From Raja brachyura (lineage: Eukaryota), in contig OY740784.1 in the NCBI GenBank assembly GCA_963514005.1, positions 73,904,001-73,968,000 of the forward strand: 64,000 nucleotides of DNA, written 5' to 3'. The notes under the pieces are model-generated. The model was not told the DNA's origin and did not search any database. It saw only the letters and a program-made list of their open reading frames with translations. This document shows positions 51,945 to 64,000 of the stretch, piece after piece. Made by a program: the position numbers and the translations under genes. Numbering within the stretch: position 1 is the first letter of the stretch; each line of letters starts with the position of its first letter.

Positions 51945-52361
51945 AAGTTTGTTCTTTATTCTTTGGAGCGCAGAAGGTTAAGAGGGGACTTGATTGAGGT
52001 CTTTAAAATGATGAAAGGGATAGACAGAGTTGACGTGGGTAAGCTTTTCCCATTGAGGGTAGGAAAGATTCAAACAAGAGGGCATGACATGAGAATTAAG
52101 GGACAGAAGTTTAGGGGTAACATGAGGGGGAACTTCTTTACTCAGAGAGTGGTGGCTGTGTGGAATGATCTTCCAGCAGAAGTGGTGGAGGCAGGTTCGA
52201 TTTTAACATTTAAAAGTAAAGTGGATAGGTATATGGACGGGAAGGGAATGGAGGGGTATGGTCTGAGTGCAGGGGGATGGGACTAGGGGAAAATAAATGG
52301 TCGGCACGGACTGGAAGGGCCGAGAAAGCCTGTTTCCGTGCTGTAATTGTTATATGGTTAT
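51945..52361 (+). mobile_element. CR1 LINE 3' fragment in the J-C intron
   Basis: LYSLERRRLRGDLIEVFK motif. Its tail is the reverse complement of 48690-48835. Confidence 0.88.
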
Positions 52362-53843
52362 AACGAACGTCGACAGTGGTTATGTTTGAAGCTGGTGTTA
52401 AATCGTTCGGGTGTGATCTCTACAACAGATGTTGGATCTGAAAACCTGCGGAAGACCACCGCCGCCAAAAAGCTGAACTACACCTCGCTATCCCGGCCAC
52501 TTAGCACCAACACGTAGCGTGCCCTTCCAACGACAGGGCCGTTATCAAAAACACAGCCTCGTGCAACTCAGCGGCCAGAAATACTATCCAACCAGCAGCT
52601 ACACAACCAGCTTTTGCAGATATTCTGAATCAATAAACTACAGATAACTATAACCACCTGTTAACTGAAAACAGTTAACTTTTTAATTCGAAGAAGCATC
52701 CTCAATTTGTAACATTAACCCTGTTTCTCTTTCCACAGTAACTGTTTGACATTCTGAATGCTACTGAGTTTTCTATTTTTAATTTCCTGCATCGTATTTT
52801 TAATGTTTGTGGCGGAGATGATCGCGGGCCACTCTCGTTAACCTCTTCTCGAGCAGAGTCTGATGAAGGGTCCCGACCCGAAGCGTCACCTATTCCTTTT
52901 CTTCAGAGATGCTACCTGACCCGCTGAGTTACTCCAACACTTTGTGTCTATCTTTTCCAGCAAACCTGGCTTCGTACAAGATTCACAATAAATGACGGGG
53001 ACACGCCGCAGGGATGCATCTCTCAGTGGCACCGAATATACAACATCACCGGCCTCTCATGAAAGGAGCCGTGTGTTATAAATGTAAGCGAGAGGCACGC
53101 TACTGAATGGGCAATAGACAATAGGTACAGGCGTAGTCCTTTCGGCCCTTCGAGCTAGCACCGCCATTCACTGTGATCACGACTGATCATCCACAATCAG
53201 TACCCAGTTCCTGCCTTCTCCCGATAGCCCTCGACTCCGCTATCTTTAAGAGATCTATTAAACTCTCTATTGAAAGCATCCAGAGAATTTGCCTCCACTG
53301 CCTTCTGAGGCGAATTTCACAGATTCGCAACTCTCTGGGTGAAAACGTGCTTCCTCATCTCCGTTCTAAATGGCCTACCCCTTAGTCCACTTGACTGGTC
53401 AGAGTCGTGTACTCCCTCGGAGTTTGGTAGATGTATAAGGTATCTATTTTTTTTCTATCCCTTTCGCACCGCCAAATTTCCAGCGAGGAGATTAAAATTG
53501 ATGGAGGTAAAATTGGTGTCAGTCAGTCTGGACCATGCCCCCGAGTCCCTTCCCGCCCCAAATCATTGCTTCAATATAGCACCCGGGAACCGATTTACAA
53601 GTCTGCGGACGGGAGCACGGAGTTTTTTCTTTGGAAAGCTAGCACCCAACCCATTGCTGCAAGCCCTCCCGCACTCTTTGTTCTTCATGCCCTCCCCCCC
53701 CCCCCCCCCCCCACGTACCCTCTGCTGCCAACCCCCCCCCCCCCCCCCCCCCCCCAACCCTCTCCCACCCTCCTTCCAACCTTTCCCTACAGTTCGCGAA
53801 GAGTTGCTACCCCTGCTCCTGGATGCCCCCACTCCAGACGTAC

Positions 53844-53900
53844 CTGTGACGATGAGCCGAGTCCCGCCGCCGAATATTTTTCTCCATGTACCAGATGTGG
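53844..53900 (-). CDS. TRGJ: TCR gamma J segment (C-proximal): TSGTWRKIFGGGTRLIVT
   Basis: FGxG motif, phase-1 donor ACAG|GTACGT, and an adjacent 12-RSS. Confidence 0.95.
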
Positions 53901-53928
53901 CACGGTGTTCAGTGCATGTACAATAACC
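53901..53928. promoter_or_regulatory. 12-spacer recombination signal sequence
   Basis: On +: CACGGTG, 12 nt, ACAATAACC. Confidence 0.93.
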
Positions 53929-54055
53929 GCCCGGCCCTGAATCTGCACTGTGCGAACCTACCTCCCCTCTCCCAAACCTTTCGCCCGACAATCCTCGCTA
54001 GTAATCCGGTTATCTCGTGAGTCCCAGTAGGTTCCAGTTATGTCCAAAGACTCAC

Positions 54056-54112
54056 CTGTGACGAAGAGTTTGGTTCCAGTGCCAAATATCTTGATATATG
54101 CATTACTGGTCG
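54056..54112 (-). CDS. TRGJ: TCR gamma J segment (middle): TSNAYIKIFGTGTKLFVT
   Basis: YIKIFGxGTKL is typical of Jgamma. Donor ACAG|GTGAGT. Confidence 0.95.
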
Positions 54113-54140
54113 CACGGTGTTACACCGTCTGTCAAGAACA
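54113..54140. promoter_or_regulatory. 12-spacer RSS with divergent nonamer
   Basis: On +: CACGGTG, 12 nt, TCAAGAACA. Confidence 0.85.
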
Positions 54141-54649
54141 TCGCGCCCAACACAGGCACCGGCATCGGCACCGGCACCGGCACCTGTCAGACACTAACTG
54201 AACTAAGATAGACACAAAAAGCTGGAGTAGCTCAGCGGGACAGCCAGTATCTCTGGAGAGAAGGAATGGGTGACTTTCGGGTCGAGACCTTTCAAGGGTC
54301 TATCAATGTGTCTATCAAAGTATTTCAATGTGTCTATCTTCGGGTTAAACCAGCATCTGCCATTCCTTCTTACACACTAACTGAACTAGTTCATCTCGGT
54401 AAATCCCCGTACCCGGGTCAGCCAGATTCAAGCACTCATCTGCAAAATACCCACGTCCTCGGTGAGAGTTGGTGATCCCATGATTTCCTGGTTGGAATGG
54501 AAGTTCCCACTCTGCAATCTGCAGCAACACGTAGCTCGTAACTCAACCCGTTAACCCTAGGTCTCATGGGAAGTCCAGAAAAATTGAACAGAGATCCGGA
54601 GCAGGACAGATATTGTGGCGCATCGACAGCGGTCTTCTTATTGTCTTGG

Positions 54650-55205
54650 GTAGACGAAAATGCTGGAGAAACTCAGCGGGTGCAGCAGCATCTATGGAGC
54701 GAAGGAAATAGGCAACATTTCGGGCCAAAACCCTTCTTCAGACTGACGTGAGGGTGAAGGGGGGCGGGGGGGTGTAAAGAAGAAAGGAAGAGGAGGAGCC
54801 AGAGGGCTGAGGGAGAGCTGAGAAGGGGAGGAGACAGATGGGACTACCTGAAATTAGTTCATACTGCTGGGGTGTAAACTGCCCAAGTGAAATATGAGGT
54901 CCTGCTCCTCCAATTTACGGTGGTCCTCAATCTGGCCGCAGAGGAGGCCCAGGACAGAAAGGTCGGATTCGGAATGGGAGGGGGATTTGAAGTGCTGAGC
55001 CACCGGGGGATCAGGTTGGCCATTATGAACCGAGCAGAGGTGTTCAGCGAAGCGATCGCCAAACCTACGCTTGGTCTCACCGACGTAGATCAGCTGACAT
55101 CTAGAGCAGCGGATGCAATAGATGAGGTTTGAGGAGGTGCAGGTAAACCTCTGTCGCACCTGGAAAGACTGCTTAAGTCCTTGAATGGAGTCAAGAGGGG
55201 AGGGG
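54650..55205 (-). mobile_element. Penelope-like 3' fragment (GIY-YIG + pLTR) between J segments
   Basis: NLIYCIRCSRCQLIYVGETKRRFGDRFAEH. Homologous to 37282-37650. Confidence 0.9.
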
Positions 55206-55762
55206 TGTCTTATTGTCTTGGTCGTGGTATGAAAGAGCTTAGAGCAGTACCTTATGCCCTCCGTGTCTACACAATCCACCGAGCACTCCTTTATTCTAAA
55301 TCCCACATCAATCCCATTTGTTCGACTCACATTCCCACCAATTCCCCCCAGATTCTCTCATTCATCTCACAGTCGGAGCAATTTCTGCAGTGGCCTATTA
55401 CCCAACCAACCCGCACGTCTTTGGGGTGTGGGAGAAAAGCGGAGCGCCCATCAGAAATCACGCGGTCATAGGGAGAACGTGACAACTCCACACAGTCAGC
55501 AGTGGAGGTCGGGTTTATTAAACTGGTCCATTGGAATATGGAGGCAGCAGCTCTATAACCTTACATAAAACTCCACGCAACCATTATTTGAAGGAGCAGC
55601 AATGGGCGTCTCCTACAAATCTCCTATCAATATCTATCCCTGAAACACGTGACAAAGAAAGAATGAATGGTCCTCACCATGATCCAGGCTGCAGTTTCTA
55701 CATCACAAGTGCTTAGGAAAATGTTCAAGAGAGGATCGGGATGCAGGTTGAATCACGTGTAC

Positions 55763-55821
55763 TTGTTACAACCAGTTTGGTTCCAAATCCGAAACAATAT
55801 TGTTTCCCATCGCTCGCACAC
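55763..55821 (-). CDS. TRGJ: TCR gamma J segment (V-proximal), atypical: CASDGKQYCFGFGTKLVVT
   Basis: FGxGTKLVVT motif, phase-1 donor ACAA|GTACAC, and a correctly spaced RSS-like element. Confidence 0.8.
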
Positions 55822-55849
55822 CACAACATTAAATCAGCTCATAATAACT
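55822..55849. promoter_or_regulatory. Non-canonical 12-spacer RSS
   Basis: On +: CACAACA, 12 nt, ATAATAACT. The essential CAC is retained. Confidence 0.7.
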
Positions 55850-58454
55850 GATTGCTCATTGTTTAACCTCACAATCTCACATCCCCAGAATATCACATTG
55901 AATGGCAGTGCTGGCTCGAATGGCATACTCCTGCACTTATTGTCTATTGTCTATTGTCTATTGTCTATTGTCTATAGCGGAAATGACCTAGGACCTGATA
56001 CAATAATTCAAGAATGTACTGATTGTCCAAGCAGAGAGTCAGAAAAGTCTGTCAGACTATCACACCTATGCCAGTTCCAATTCAGTTCAGTTCAGTTTAG
56101 TTTATTGTCATGTGTTCTGAGGTACAGTGAAACGTTTATGTTATGTGCTATCCAGCCAGTAAAAAGACAATACATGATTACAATCGAGCCATATAGTGTA
56201 CACAGCATTTACAATGTATTACAATGCCTTTACAATGCAGTTCAAGGGAATAACGTTTAGTGCAAGGTAAGGCCAGCAAAGTCCAATCAAGGAATGCCCG
56301 AGGGGCACCAAAGAGGTACAGAGTAGTTCAGCACTACTCTCTGGTTGTGGTAGGATGATTCATTTGCCTGATAACAGCTGGCAAGAAATTGTCCCTGAAT
56401 CTGGGGATGTGCGTTTTCACACTTCCATATATTTTGCCTGATGGAAGAAGGGAGAAGGGAGAAGAGGCCAGGGTGTGACTCATCCTTGATTATGCTGCTG
56501 GCCTTGCTGAGGCAGCGCGAGGTATAAATGGAGTCAATATATGGGAGGTTGGTTTATGTGTTGCCCTGGGCTACGTCCACAATTCACTGCAATTTATTGT
56601 GGTCTTGGATGGAACATTCCTTCGAAGAGGCGTCCAATTAAATTTTCTAATTCCAATTAAGAGGCATCCAATTACATTTTCTAATTCAAATTAAGAAGCT
56701 TCCACCATTGACTGTATACCCAAAGGTTCAGTTGCATTGAGTGCATAATATGCACTGTATGCCAATATGGGAAGCCACGTTGAGGCAGGACGATGAGCAG
56801 ACGTGGGACTGATTTTAATGTATTGTAACCAGATAATCATTGAATGGCTGCCATTTAGTCCATTTGTTAAATCACACCCAATTATTCCCATTCCCAGTTC
56901 TGTCGATGCCTTGCCAATTATCTCCCTTGAATGGCTACCACGACACCTTACTTATTTTTGAGCTCTACCCATTTGGTCACGTGGATGTGCCTTTCGTTAT
57001 ATTGTCCCTGGGTACCACTGTTGCATACTCTCTGATTAGAAAGGCAATTCCTCCACCTCTTATACCTTCCTCTCAATCATGTCTAAAACATTGAAACTCC
57101 AGAACGTTGAGCAGTTAGTCCTATATCTCTCGTAACCAAGTGTCCAAGTGGCCACAACTTCATAGTCCCATGCACTGATCCCGGCTCTATGTTCATTTGC
57201 TCCACCTATAATAAGCCTTTATTGAAGTAACCAAGGTGTGCCCATCGGTTTCACTATGTTTACTTGTGGGTCCTGAAGACATTACCATGGACTAATGCTT
57301 AATAAGGAAGGTGAGTTGGTATTTTTTGAAATTCTGCATTCTTCTGCCTTTTTATTGCGTTCCTAATGGAGACCATTCACCCTACTAAGTCCACGCCAGC
57401 TACCTGCAAAGCAATCCCATCCATTCCATTCTCCTTCTCCTTATTCCCCTGTAAATGCAATTATTCTCTATCAAATACCCTAAATGACCCAATTTTGTTG
57501 ATTTTGCCATATAATGCATACAAATAGCCAATTAGCTTACCAGTGTGTCTTCGGGATGTACAGGGAAACCAGACCACACGGGAAACACATTTGGACAACA
57601 TGCAAGTAACCAAGGTCAGAATCAGGCCCAGGCACCTGGAGCCCTGATGCAGTACTGCTCACTACTGTGCCACCTCTCTTTACAGTTTCCCTCAATTCAC
57701 TCGATCACTTTCCCTCTTCTGCTGCCAAACGTGCTGTTCTATTTGGCACAAAGAGCTCAGTGACATCCTGGGAGCTCTGCGAATATACTTGAAGTGCCTT
57801 ATTTGACCTCCTGGTAGTCTCTTGCCCTGGTTGAGTCTGGAGCAGAATGTCTGGCATGCAGGGAGATCTGGGTTTCCTAGAACATGATTCACAAATGGTG
57901 TACAGCAAATAATAAGGAAAATTAACAATGTTTTGTTTTACTACAGATGCATAGAGTGGTTAGATTGACTTATGGGGGAATGATTGCATAGGCTTGACTT
58001 GCATCTGCTGGAGCTTAGATGATTGAAACTTGTAAGATCTTCGAGGGTGAAAGCAGAGAGGTTGTTCCCTCTTATGGGAGAATCTAGTGCCATGGGTCAG
58101 TGTTTATTAAGAAATGTCACTCAGTTAAGAAGAGGTAAGGTATATTTTTTCTCTCCCAGATGGATTTGTGCGTCCTTGCAACTTTCTTCCTGAGAGAGTG
58201 TATTTTTAAGACAGAGGTAGATAGACACCCGATCAAAACATTTCTCCTCATCTCAGTCCTGAATTACTTATATCAAATACTGACACTATGACTCCCAGTT
58301 CCAGAATCTCTCAGCGAGTGGAAATATTCTCACTGAATCCAGCATATTGAGCCCTGGTAGATTTTTGTATATTTCAATGAGATATCTAATTTTACTGATT
58401 TTGAGAGAATACAAACTAATCAACCAAATCTCTTTTAATACAACAGTACCATCA

Positions 58455-58880
58455 AGAGTCAAGAGGCAAGAGTATTTAATTGGCACATGCACTGAAAACA
58501 AAACAATAAAAATCTCACTTGCAACAGCACAATAGGCCTGTGTATATAATACTCATAGATAACATATAATAAAGAAAAAAATAAATTAAAAAAATAATAA
58601 CCTCAGCAGTATTACATAAAACCCCAAAGTCCTTCGTATTTTGGCATTTTGTAGTGTTCAAGAGCCTGATGGTTGTTGGGAAGAAGCTGTTTCTTAACCT
58701 AGGGATTATGTTTTTCTGACTCATATACCTTCTTCCTGATAGTAGCAGTGAAATTAAAGGATGGCCAAGGTGGTGTGGGTCTTTGATGGTAACTGGCTGC
58801 CTTTTTAAGACAGGACCTTCTATAGATCCCTTCGATGATAGGGAGTTTATAAGCCTAGGTACTGTCCGATCCACCACTAC
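58455..58880 (-). mobile_element. Rex1-like LINE 3' remnant
   Basis: IKDPHHLGHPLISLLLSGRRY...RLRNSFFPTTIRLLN. Confidence 0.7.
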
Positions 58881-60151
58881 CCCATTGAGGACATTGGACT
58901 TTGCCTAAGGAACTGAGAAGGAACAACGCTACAATGCTGAAAATATATAATTTGCATTTTGTGGCTTCCCCTTTGCTCTGCCTATTGTACTTGAATTTGA
59001 ACTGATTGTGTCAATGTATGGCATATCTGATCTGTTTGGATAGCATACAAAACAATGCTATTCACTGTACCCCAGTACATGTGATAATAATAAACCTAAA
59101 CCTAAATCTCGCTCATAATGATATATGGACACACTGCTCTGTTTTGTAGTAAATGTCTACTATGTTTTGTGTGCCGAAGCAAAGCAAGAATTTCATTGTC
59201 CTATCAGGGACACATGACAATAAACTCATTTGAACTTGAACTTGAACTATGGTCCAACTCATCATCGTTACTTTTTTGCATATATTTCATTCATTGTTCT
59301 TTATCTCTCCACATCACCGTCTATATCTCTCATTTTCCCTCATCCCTAACCAGTCTGAAGAAGATTCTCAACCCAAAACGTCACCAATTCCTTCTCTCCA
59401 GAGATACTGCCTGTCCCGTGGAGTTACTCCAGTTTTTTGTGTCTATCTTCGGTTTAAACCTGCAGCTGCAGTTCCTTCTTACCAGTAATGTGTCTAACAA
59501 CTGTGATGTTGCGGCAAATATAAGGATGGTGTTGGAATTGTATCTGGCTACACAGTCATGCAGGAGTCGTGCTCCTGTGCAGATGGTTATTGAAGAGGAA
59601 TTCTTGTCAATCTGTACTAATTGTGGTCTATTGATGAGGAAGTCAAGAACCCAGTTGAAAAGGTATATACAAAGACCCAGTTCTCTGAACATGATAACAA
59701 GTTTGGAGGAGATGATGGTGTTAAACTCGGACGTAGTTGACAAATAACAGCCTGATATAATAACCTTTTTATTATTACCACGAGATTACTGTGCCATGGG
59801 GCATATTGGTGTTCTCCCTATCAGACCATGTGTAGAAAGCATTTAGCTCGTGCTGGGAGTGTTGCCTCACTACCGTTTGAGCCACCACTTGTTTTTGTCT
59901 TCCAGGAAGTGACGGGATGCAAACCCTGCCACAGCTGCTAATTGTCCGAATCACCCTCCAATTTAGAATGAAAGTGTCCCTTTGCAGTTTTGATGGCCTT
60001 ATTAAAGTCATACCTGGACTACCTACACAAACCTACATTGCCAGACTGGAATGCCTAAGATCTAGTCCTCAGTAATTGCAGACATCCTGGTTCATTCATG
60101 GCTTCTGGTTGGGGAGCACTCGGATGGTTTTGGTGGGAACACACTCCTCCA

Positions 60152-61880
60152 CATATTTTAATCTGCCAGAAATAGCAGGGGACCGGGGGTCAAATGAGAT
60201 GGAGGAACTGAGTGAAATCCAGGTTAGCCAGGAAGTGGCGTTAGGTAAATTGAATGGATTAAAGGCCGGTAAATTGAATGGATTAAAGGCCGATAAATCC
60301 CCAGGGCCAGATAGGCTGCATCCCAGAGTACTTAAGGAAGTAGCCCCAGAAATAGTGGATGCATTAGTGATAATTTTTCAAAACTCTTTAGATTCTGGAG
60401 TAATTCCTGAGGATTGGAGGGTAGCTAATGTAACCCCACTTTTTAAAAACGGAGGGAGAAAATGGGGAATTACAGACCAATTAGTCTAACATCGGTAGTG
60501 GGGAAAATGCTAGAATCAGTTATTAAAGATGGGATAGCAGCATATTTGGAAAGCGGTGAAATCATTGGACAAAGTCAGCATGGATTTATGAAAGGTAAAT
60601 CATGTCTGACGATTCTTATAGAATTTTTCGAGGATGTAACTAGTAGAGTGGATAAGGGAGAACCTGTGGATGTGTTATATCCGGACTTTCAGAAGGCTTT
60701 CGACAAGGTCCCACATAAGAGATTAGCATACAAACTTAAAGCACACGGTATTGGGGGTTCAATATTGATGTGGATAGAGAACTGGCTGGCAGACAGGAAG
60801 CAAAGAGTAGGAGTAAACGGGTCATTTTCAGAATGGCAGGCAGTGACTAGTGGGGTACCGCAGAGCTCAGTGCTGGGACCCCAGCTATTTACAATATATA
60901 TTAATGATCTGGATGAGGGAATTTAATGCAACATCTCCAAGTTTGCGGATGACACAAAGCTGGGGTGCAGTGTTAGCTGTAAGGAGGATACTAGGAGGCT
61001 GCAAGGTGACTTGGATAGGTTGGGTGAGTGGGCAAATGCATGGCAGATGCAGTATAATGTGGATAGATGTGAGGTTATCCACTTTGGTGGCAAAAACAGG
61101 AGGGTAGATTATTATCTGAATGGTGGCCGATTAGGAAAAGGGGAGATGCAACAAGATCTGGGTGTCATGGTACACCAGTCATTGAAAGTAGGCATGCAGG
61201 TGCAGCAGGCTGTGAAGAAAGCAAATGGTATGTTGGCATTCATAGTAAAAGGATTTGAGTACAAGAGCAGGGAGGTTCTACTGCAGTTGTACAGGGTCTT
61301 GGTGAGGCCACACCTGGAGTATTGCGAACAGTTTTGGTCTCCTAATCTGAGAAAAGACATTCTTGCCATAGAGGGAGTATAGAGAAGGTTCACCAGACTG
61401 ATTCCTGGGATGGCAGGACTTCCATATGAAGAAAAACTGGATAGACTCGGCTTGTACTCGCTGGAATTTAGGAGATTGAGGGGGGATCTTATAGAGGCTT
61501 ACAAAATTCTTAAAGGGTTGGACAGGCTAGATGCTGGAAGATTGTTCCCGATGTTGGGGAACTCCAGAACAAGAGGTCACAGTTTAAGGATAGGGGGGAC
61601 GTCTTTTAGGACCGAGATGAGAAGATCATTTTTCACACAGAGAGTGGTGAGTCTGTGGAATTTTCTGCCACAGAAAGGTAGTTGAGGCCAGTTAATTGGC
61701 TATATTTAAGAGGGAGCTAGATGTGGCCCTTGTGGCTAAAGGGATCAGGGGGTATGGAGAGAAGGCAGGTACAGGATACTGGGTTGGATGATCAGCCATG
61801 ATCATATTGAATGGCGGTGCATGCTCGAAGGGCCGAATGGCCTACTCCTGCACCTCTTTCCTATGATTCTATGATTCTAT
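60152..61880 (+). mobile_element. CR1 LINE, 5'-truncated, between V and J
   Basis: RT ORF pieces from 60076 to 61685 and a (TTCTATGA)n tail. Confidence 0.95.
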
Positions 61881-63412
61881 TTCATTATGAAGTTGGAAAA
61901 AATCATGGCATAATCTTTTATGTCCAATGCCACGTCCTCGAAATTTGCCCACTCTACTGAACCCAAGCAATTATGCAGTGGGTTCTCCCCCCCCCCCCTC
62001 CCCCCTCTCCCCCACCCCACTCCTTAACCAGTTTTGTGCTGTTCTCACAACTGGAGCTGCATTCTTCAGTCGCTGCCTATTTGCAGAAAGAAGAAGCAGA
62101 GCAAGGTGATCTGATTTCCAAAAGTGAGGGCAAAGAGGAAGCAATAGGCACCTTTGATAAGCAATCCAGATATCAGCTCTATGAACCTGGAATGTGGAGA
62201 AGATGCTACAATTAGTTCAACAACTGAATGGCAGAGTAGGGAAGGGGTCTATCATTGCTCATAATGTGTATGTGGGTCTGTTTGTATGTCTGTGTTGTGA
62301 GCCTGTTGCAAGTGATGTAACCTCGCCTTTATATTAGGAAGCTGGCCAAGTGGATGACACTGATGTTCCTTTCTGGCTTATCTGGCTTGTGAATTTAAAG
62401 AACTTTGCAGAGACAGCATGTGTAACACGTGTCCAGTGCTATAGATAATCTGTGTGTTTGAAGACAGAAATATTAGGGCAAATATATAAGAAATAAGTGC
62501 AGCTAAAGGGCAAATGCACCACTGGGACAACTGTCCTGTCATTGAATGAATTAATGACAGATCTAATCTTGCCCTTATTCTCACTTTCCTGTTTCTGCCT
62601 GCTATTTTTTAATTGACTCTGGCCAAAATGACAAACAATAAGGCCCGCAGCACCAACCTTGTTTTACATAACTAGCCACAGGTTTCTGGTGACAAAAACA
62701 ACCAATCATCCATCATTACTTTCTGCGTCTTGTTCCCAAGTCAATTTGTCAAATTGCATTGGATCTCATCAACTCTAAACTTTTGGGCCCTCGCGATGTG
62801 CCCAAACATCGTGGATATGATGTTTGGACACATGACAACGTGGACATTAATATAGGAAGTATGATAAGTTAGTTTACAAATTATGTAAATACTAGTGGTG
62901 CTGTTGTTAGTGTGGAGGGTAGTCGGATTGCTGAAGCTATAGATCATTTGGTAAAATAGGAGAGGACATGGTGGATACAACATAATGTGGAAAATATCAT
63001 TCACTTTGATCAAAATAGAAAGCCGATGTTTTTTTTTTAATGGTGAGAGATTGAAGGATGTTGGTGATGAGATGGTTCAGGGGGGGCCCTTTGCACAAAA
63101 ACCGTGGATGCTAATATAAAGATCTAACAAGCAAATATTATGTTAGCCTTTCTTGGTAAGGGGATTTGAGGCTTTCATGTAGTGCCCTGGTGTAATCACA
63201 CCTGAAATATCTCCTTATTTAAGGATTCGAGGAAATTCACAAAGGTTTACCAGACTGAATCCTAGACTGGCGGGTTTGTCCTCTTAAAAGGCATTAGGTG
63301 GACAAGATCTAAACTCTCTAGAATTTAGAAGGATGGGAGGTAATCTCATTGAATTTACACATTTGTAATGGGCAGGTGACATTGATGTCGCCCTTGACTG
63401 GATTATATGGAA

Positions 63413-63675
63413 GCATGGCGTCACAGTGGCGCAGCTGTAGAGTTGCTGCCTCACAGCGCCAGAGACCTGAGTTGGTACTTGTGACCGCCAACGGGTGCTG
63501 TGTCTACGGCGTTTGTACATTCTTCCTGTGACCGCGTGGGTTTTCTCCGGGTACTCCAGTTTCCTCCCACTTTCCAAAGACGTACAGGTTTGTAGGTTTA
63601 AAAAAAAATGTAAAGATCCCTAGTGTGGAGGGTAGTGCTAGTGTACGGAATGATCGCTGTTCGGCGCAGACTCGA
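63413..63675 (+). mobile_element. tRNA-derived SINE
   Basis: Box A-like cacagtggcgcagctgtagag head and the conserved core also seen at 6790, 30460 and ~55400 (inverted). Confidence 0.7.
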
Positions 63676-63903
63676 GAGTTGAAGCGATAGTCCCAATGCA
63701 CGATCTGTAACCTTTTCGCGAGCGACAAATAATTGACTCTGTGTAATTGCTTGAATGGCCGACGAGGCTCTCGTTTGGTACTTTGGTTGCATTAGGTTGA
63801 AAACATGTTCATTTGAAGAGAGACGAAGGGGGTTTTCTTGTCATTTGCGAATTCTGTGTGAGTCGGAAGTGGTATGTGTGATAAATGCATTGAGGTGCGC
63901 GAA

Positions 63904-63942
63904 GGTTTTTGTAAGCGACGCCGGTTGCTGTTTAACTCTGTG
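63904..63942. promoter_or_regulatory. 23-spacer RSS of the V segment
   Basis: On +: GGTTTTTGT, 23 nt, CTCTGTG. On -: CACAGAG, 23 nt, ACAAAAACC (consensus nonamer). Confidence 0.95.
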
Positions 63943-64000
63943 TATCCCAATATGCACAAAAGTAGGTGGCGGAGTCTTCTGTCTTGAGTTTGTGCACCGT
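63943..64000 (-). CDS. TRGV: 3' end of the J-proximal TCR gamma V segment (continues beyond the window)
   Basis: TVHKLKTEDSATYFCAYWD, a D-x-A-x-Y-x-C plus the Vgamma-typical CAxWD, directly abutting the 23-RSS. Confidence 0.93.

Noticed and set aside
55790-55821. CAS... start of the third J read as a germline-joined VJ
   Set aside because: An RSS-like element, not V framework 3, lies immediately upstream.
57874-57882. STAT5 site TTCCTAGAA as a J germline promoter
   Set aside because: It is a single short motif 2 kb from the first J with no other support.
62676-62700. RSS-like CACAGGT...ACAAAAACA
   Set aside because: The spacer is 8 nt and there is no adjacent J-like coding sequence.

Overview
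Vertebrate genomic DNA, most likely a cartilaginous fish (skate/ray/shark; inferred from the repeat content and the TCR sequence style). It holds two convergent genes. On the + strand are all 7 coding exons of STARD3NL/MENTHO (5803-25061, about 231 aa). On the - strand is the 3' part of the T-cell receptor gamma locus: the end of the J-proximal V with a 23-RSS, three J segments with 12-RSS, and a three-exon C gene (46644-64000). The rest is mostly CR1, Rex1, L1 and Penelope retroelements, SINEs and MITEs. The most unusual items are: (1) a 4.8-kb non-autonomous hAT-type transposon (391-5229; TIRs plus a perfect 8-bp TSD) that appears to have captured the 5'UTR, first exon and splice donor of a TDP2-like gene and lies in sense just upstream of the STARD3NL first coding exon; (2) a Jgamma segment encoding two cysteines (CASDGKQYC-FGFG) with a non-canonical RSS; (3) a young Penelope family carrying minimal hammerhead ribozyme motifs and making ~80-bp TSD-flanked insertions in and beside the TCR C gene. 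All coordinates were read by eye, and boundaries of old repeats are approximate.
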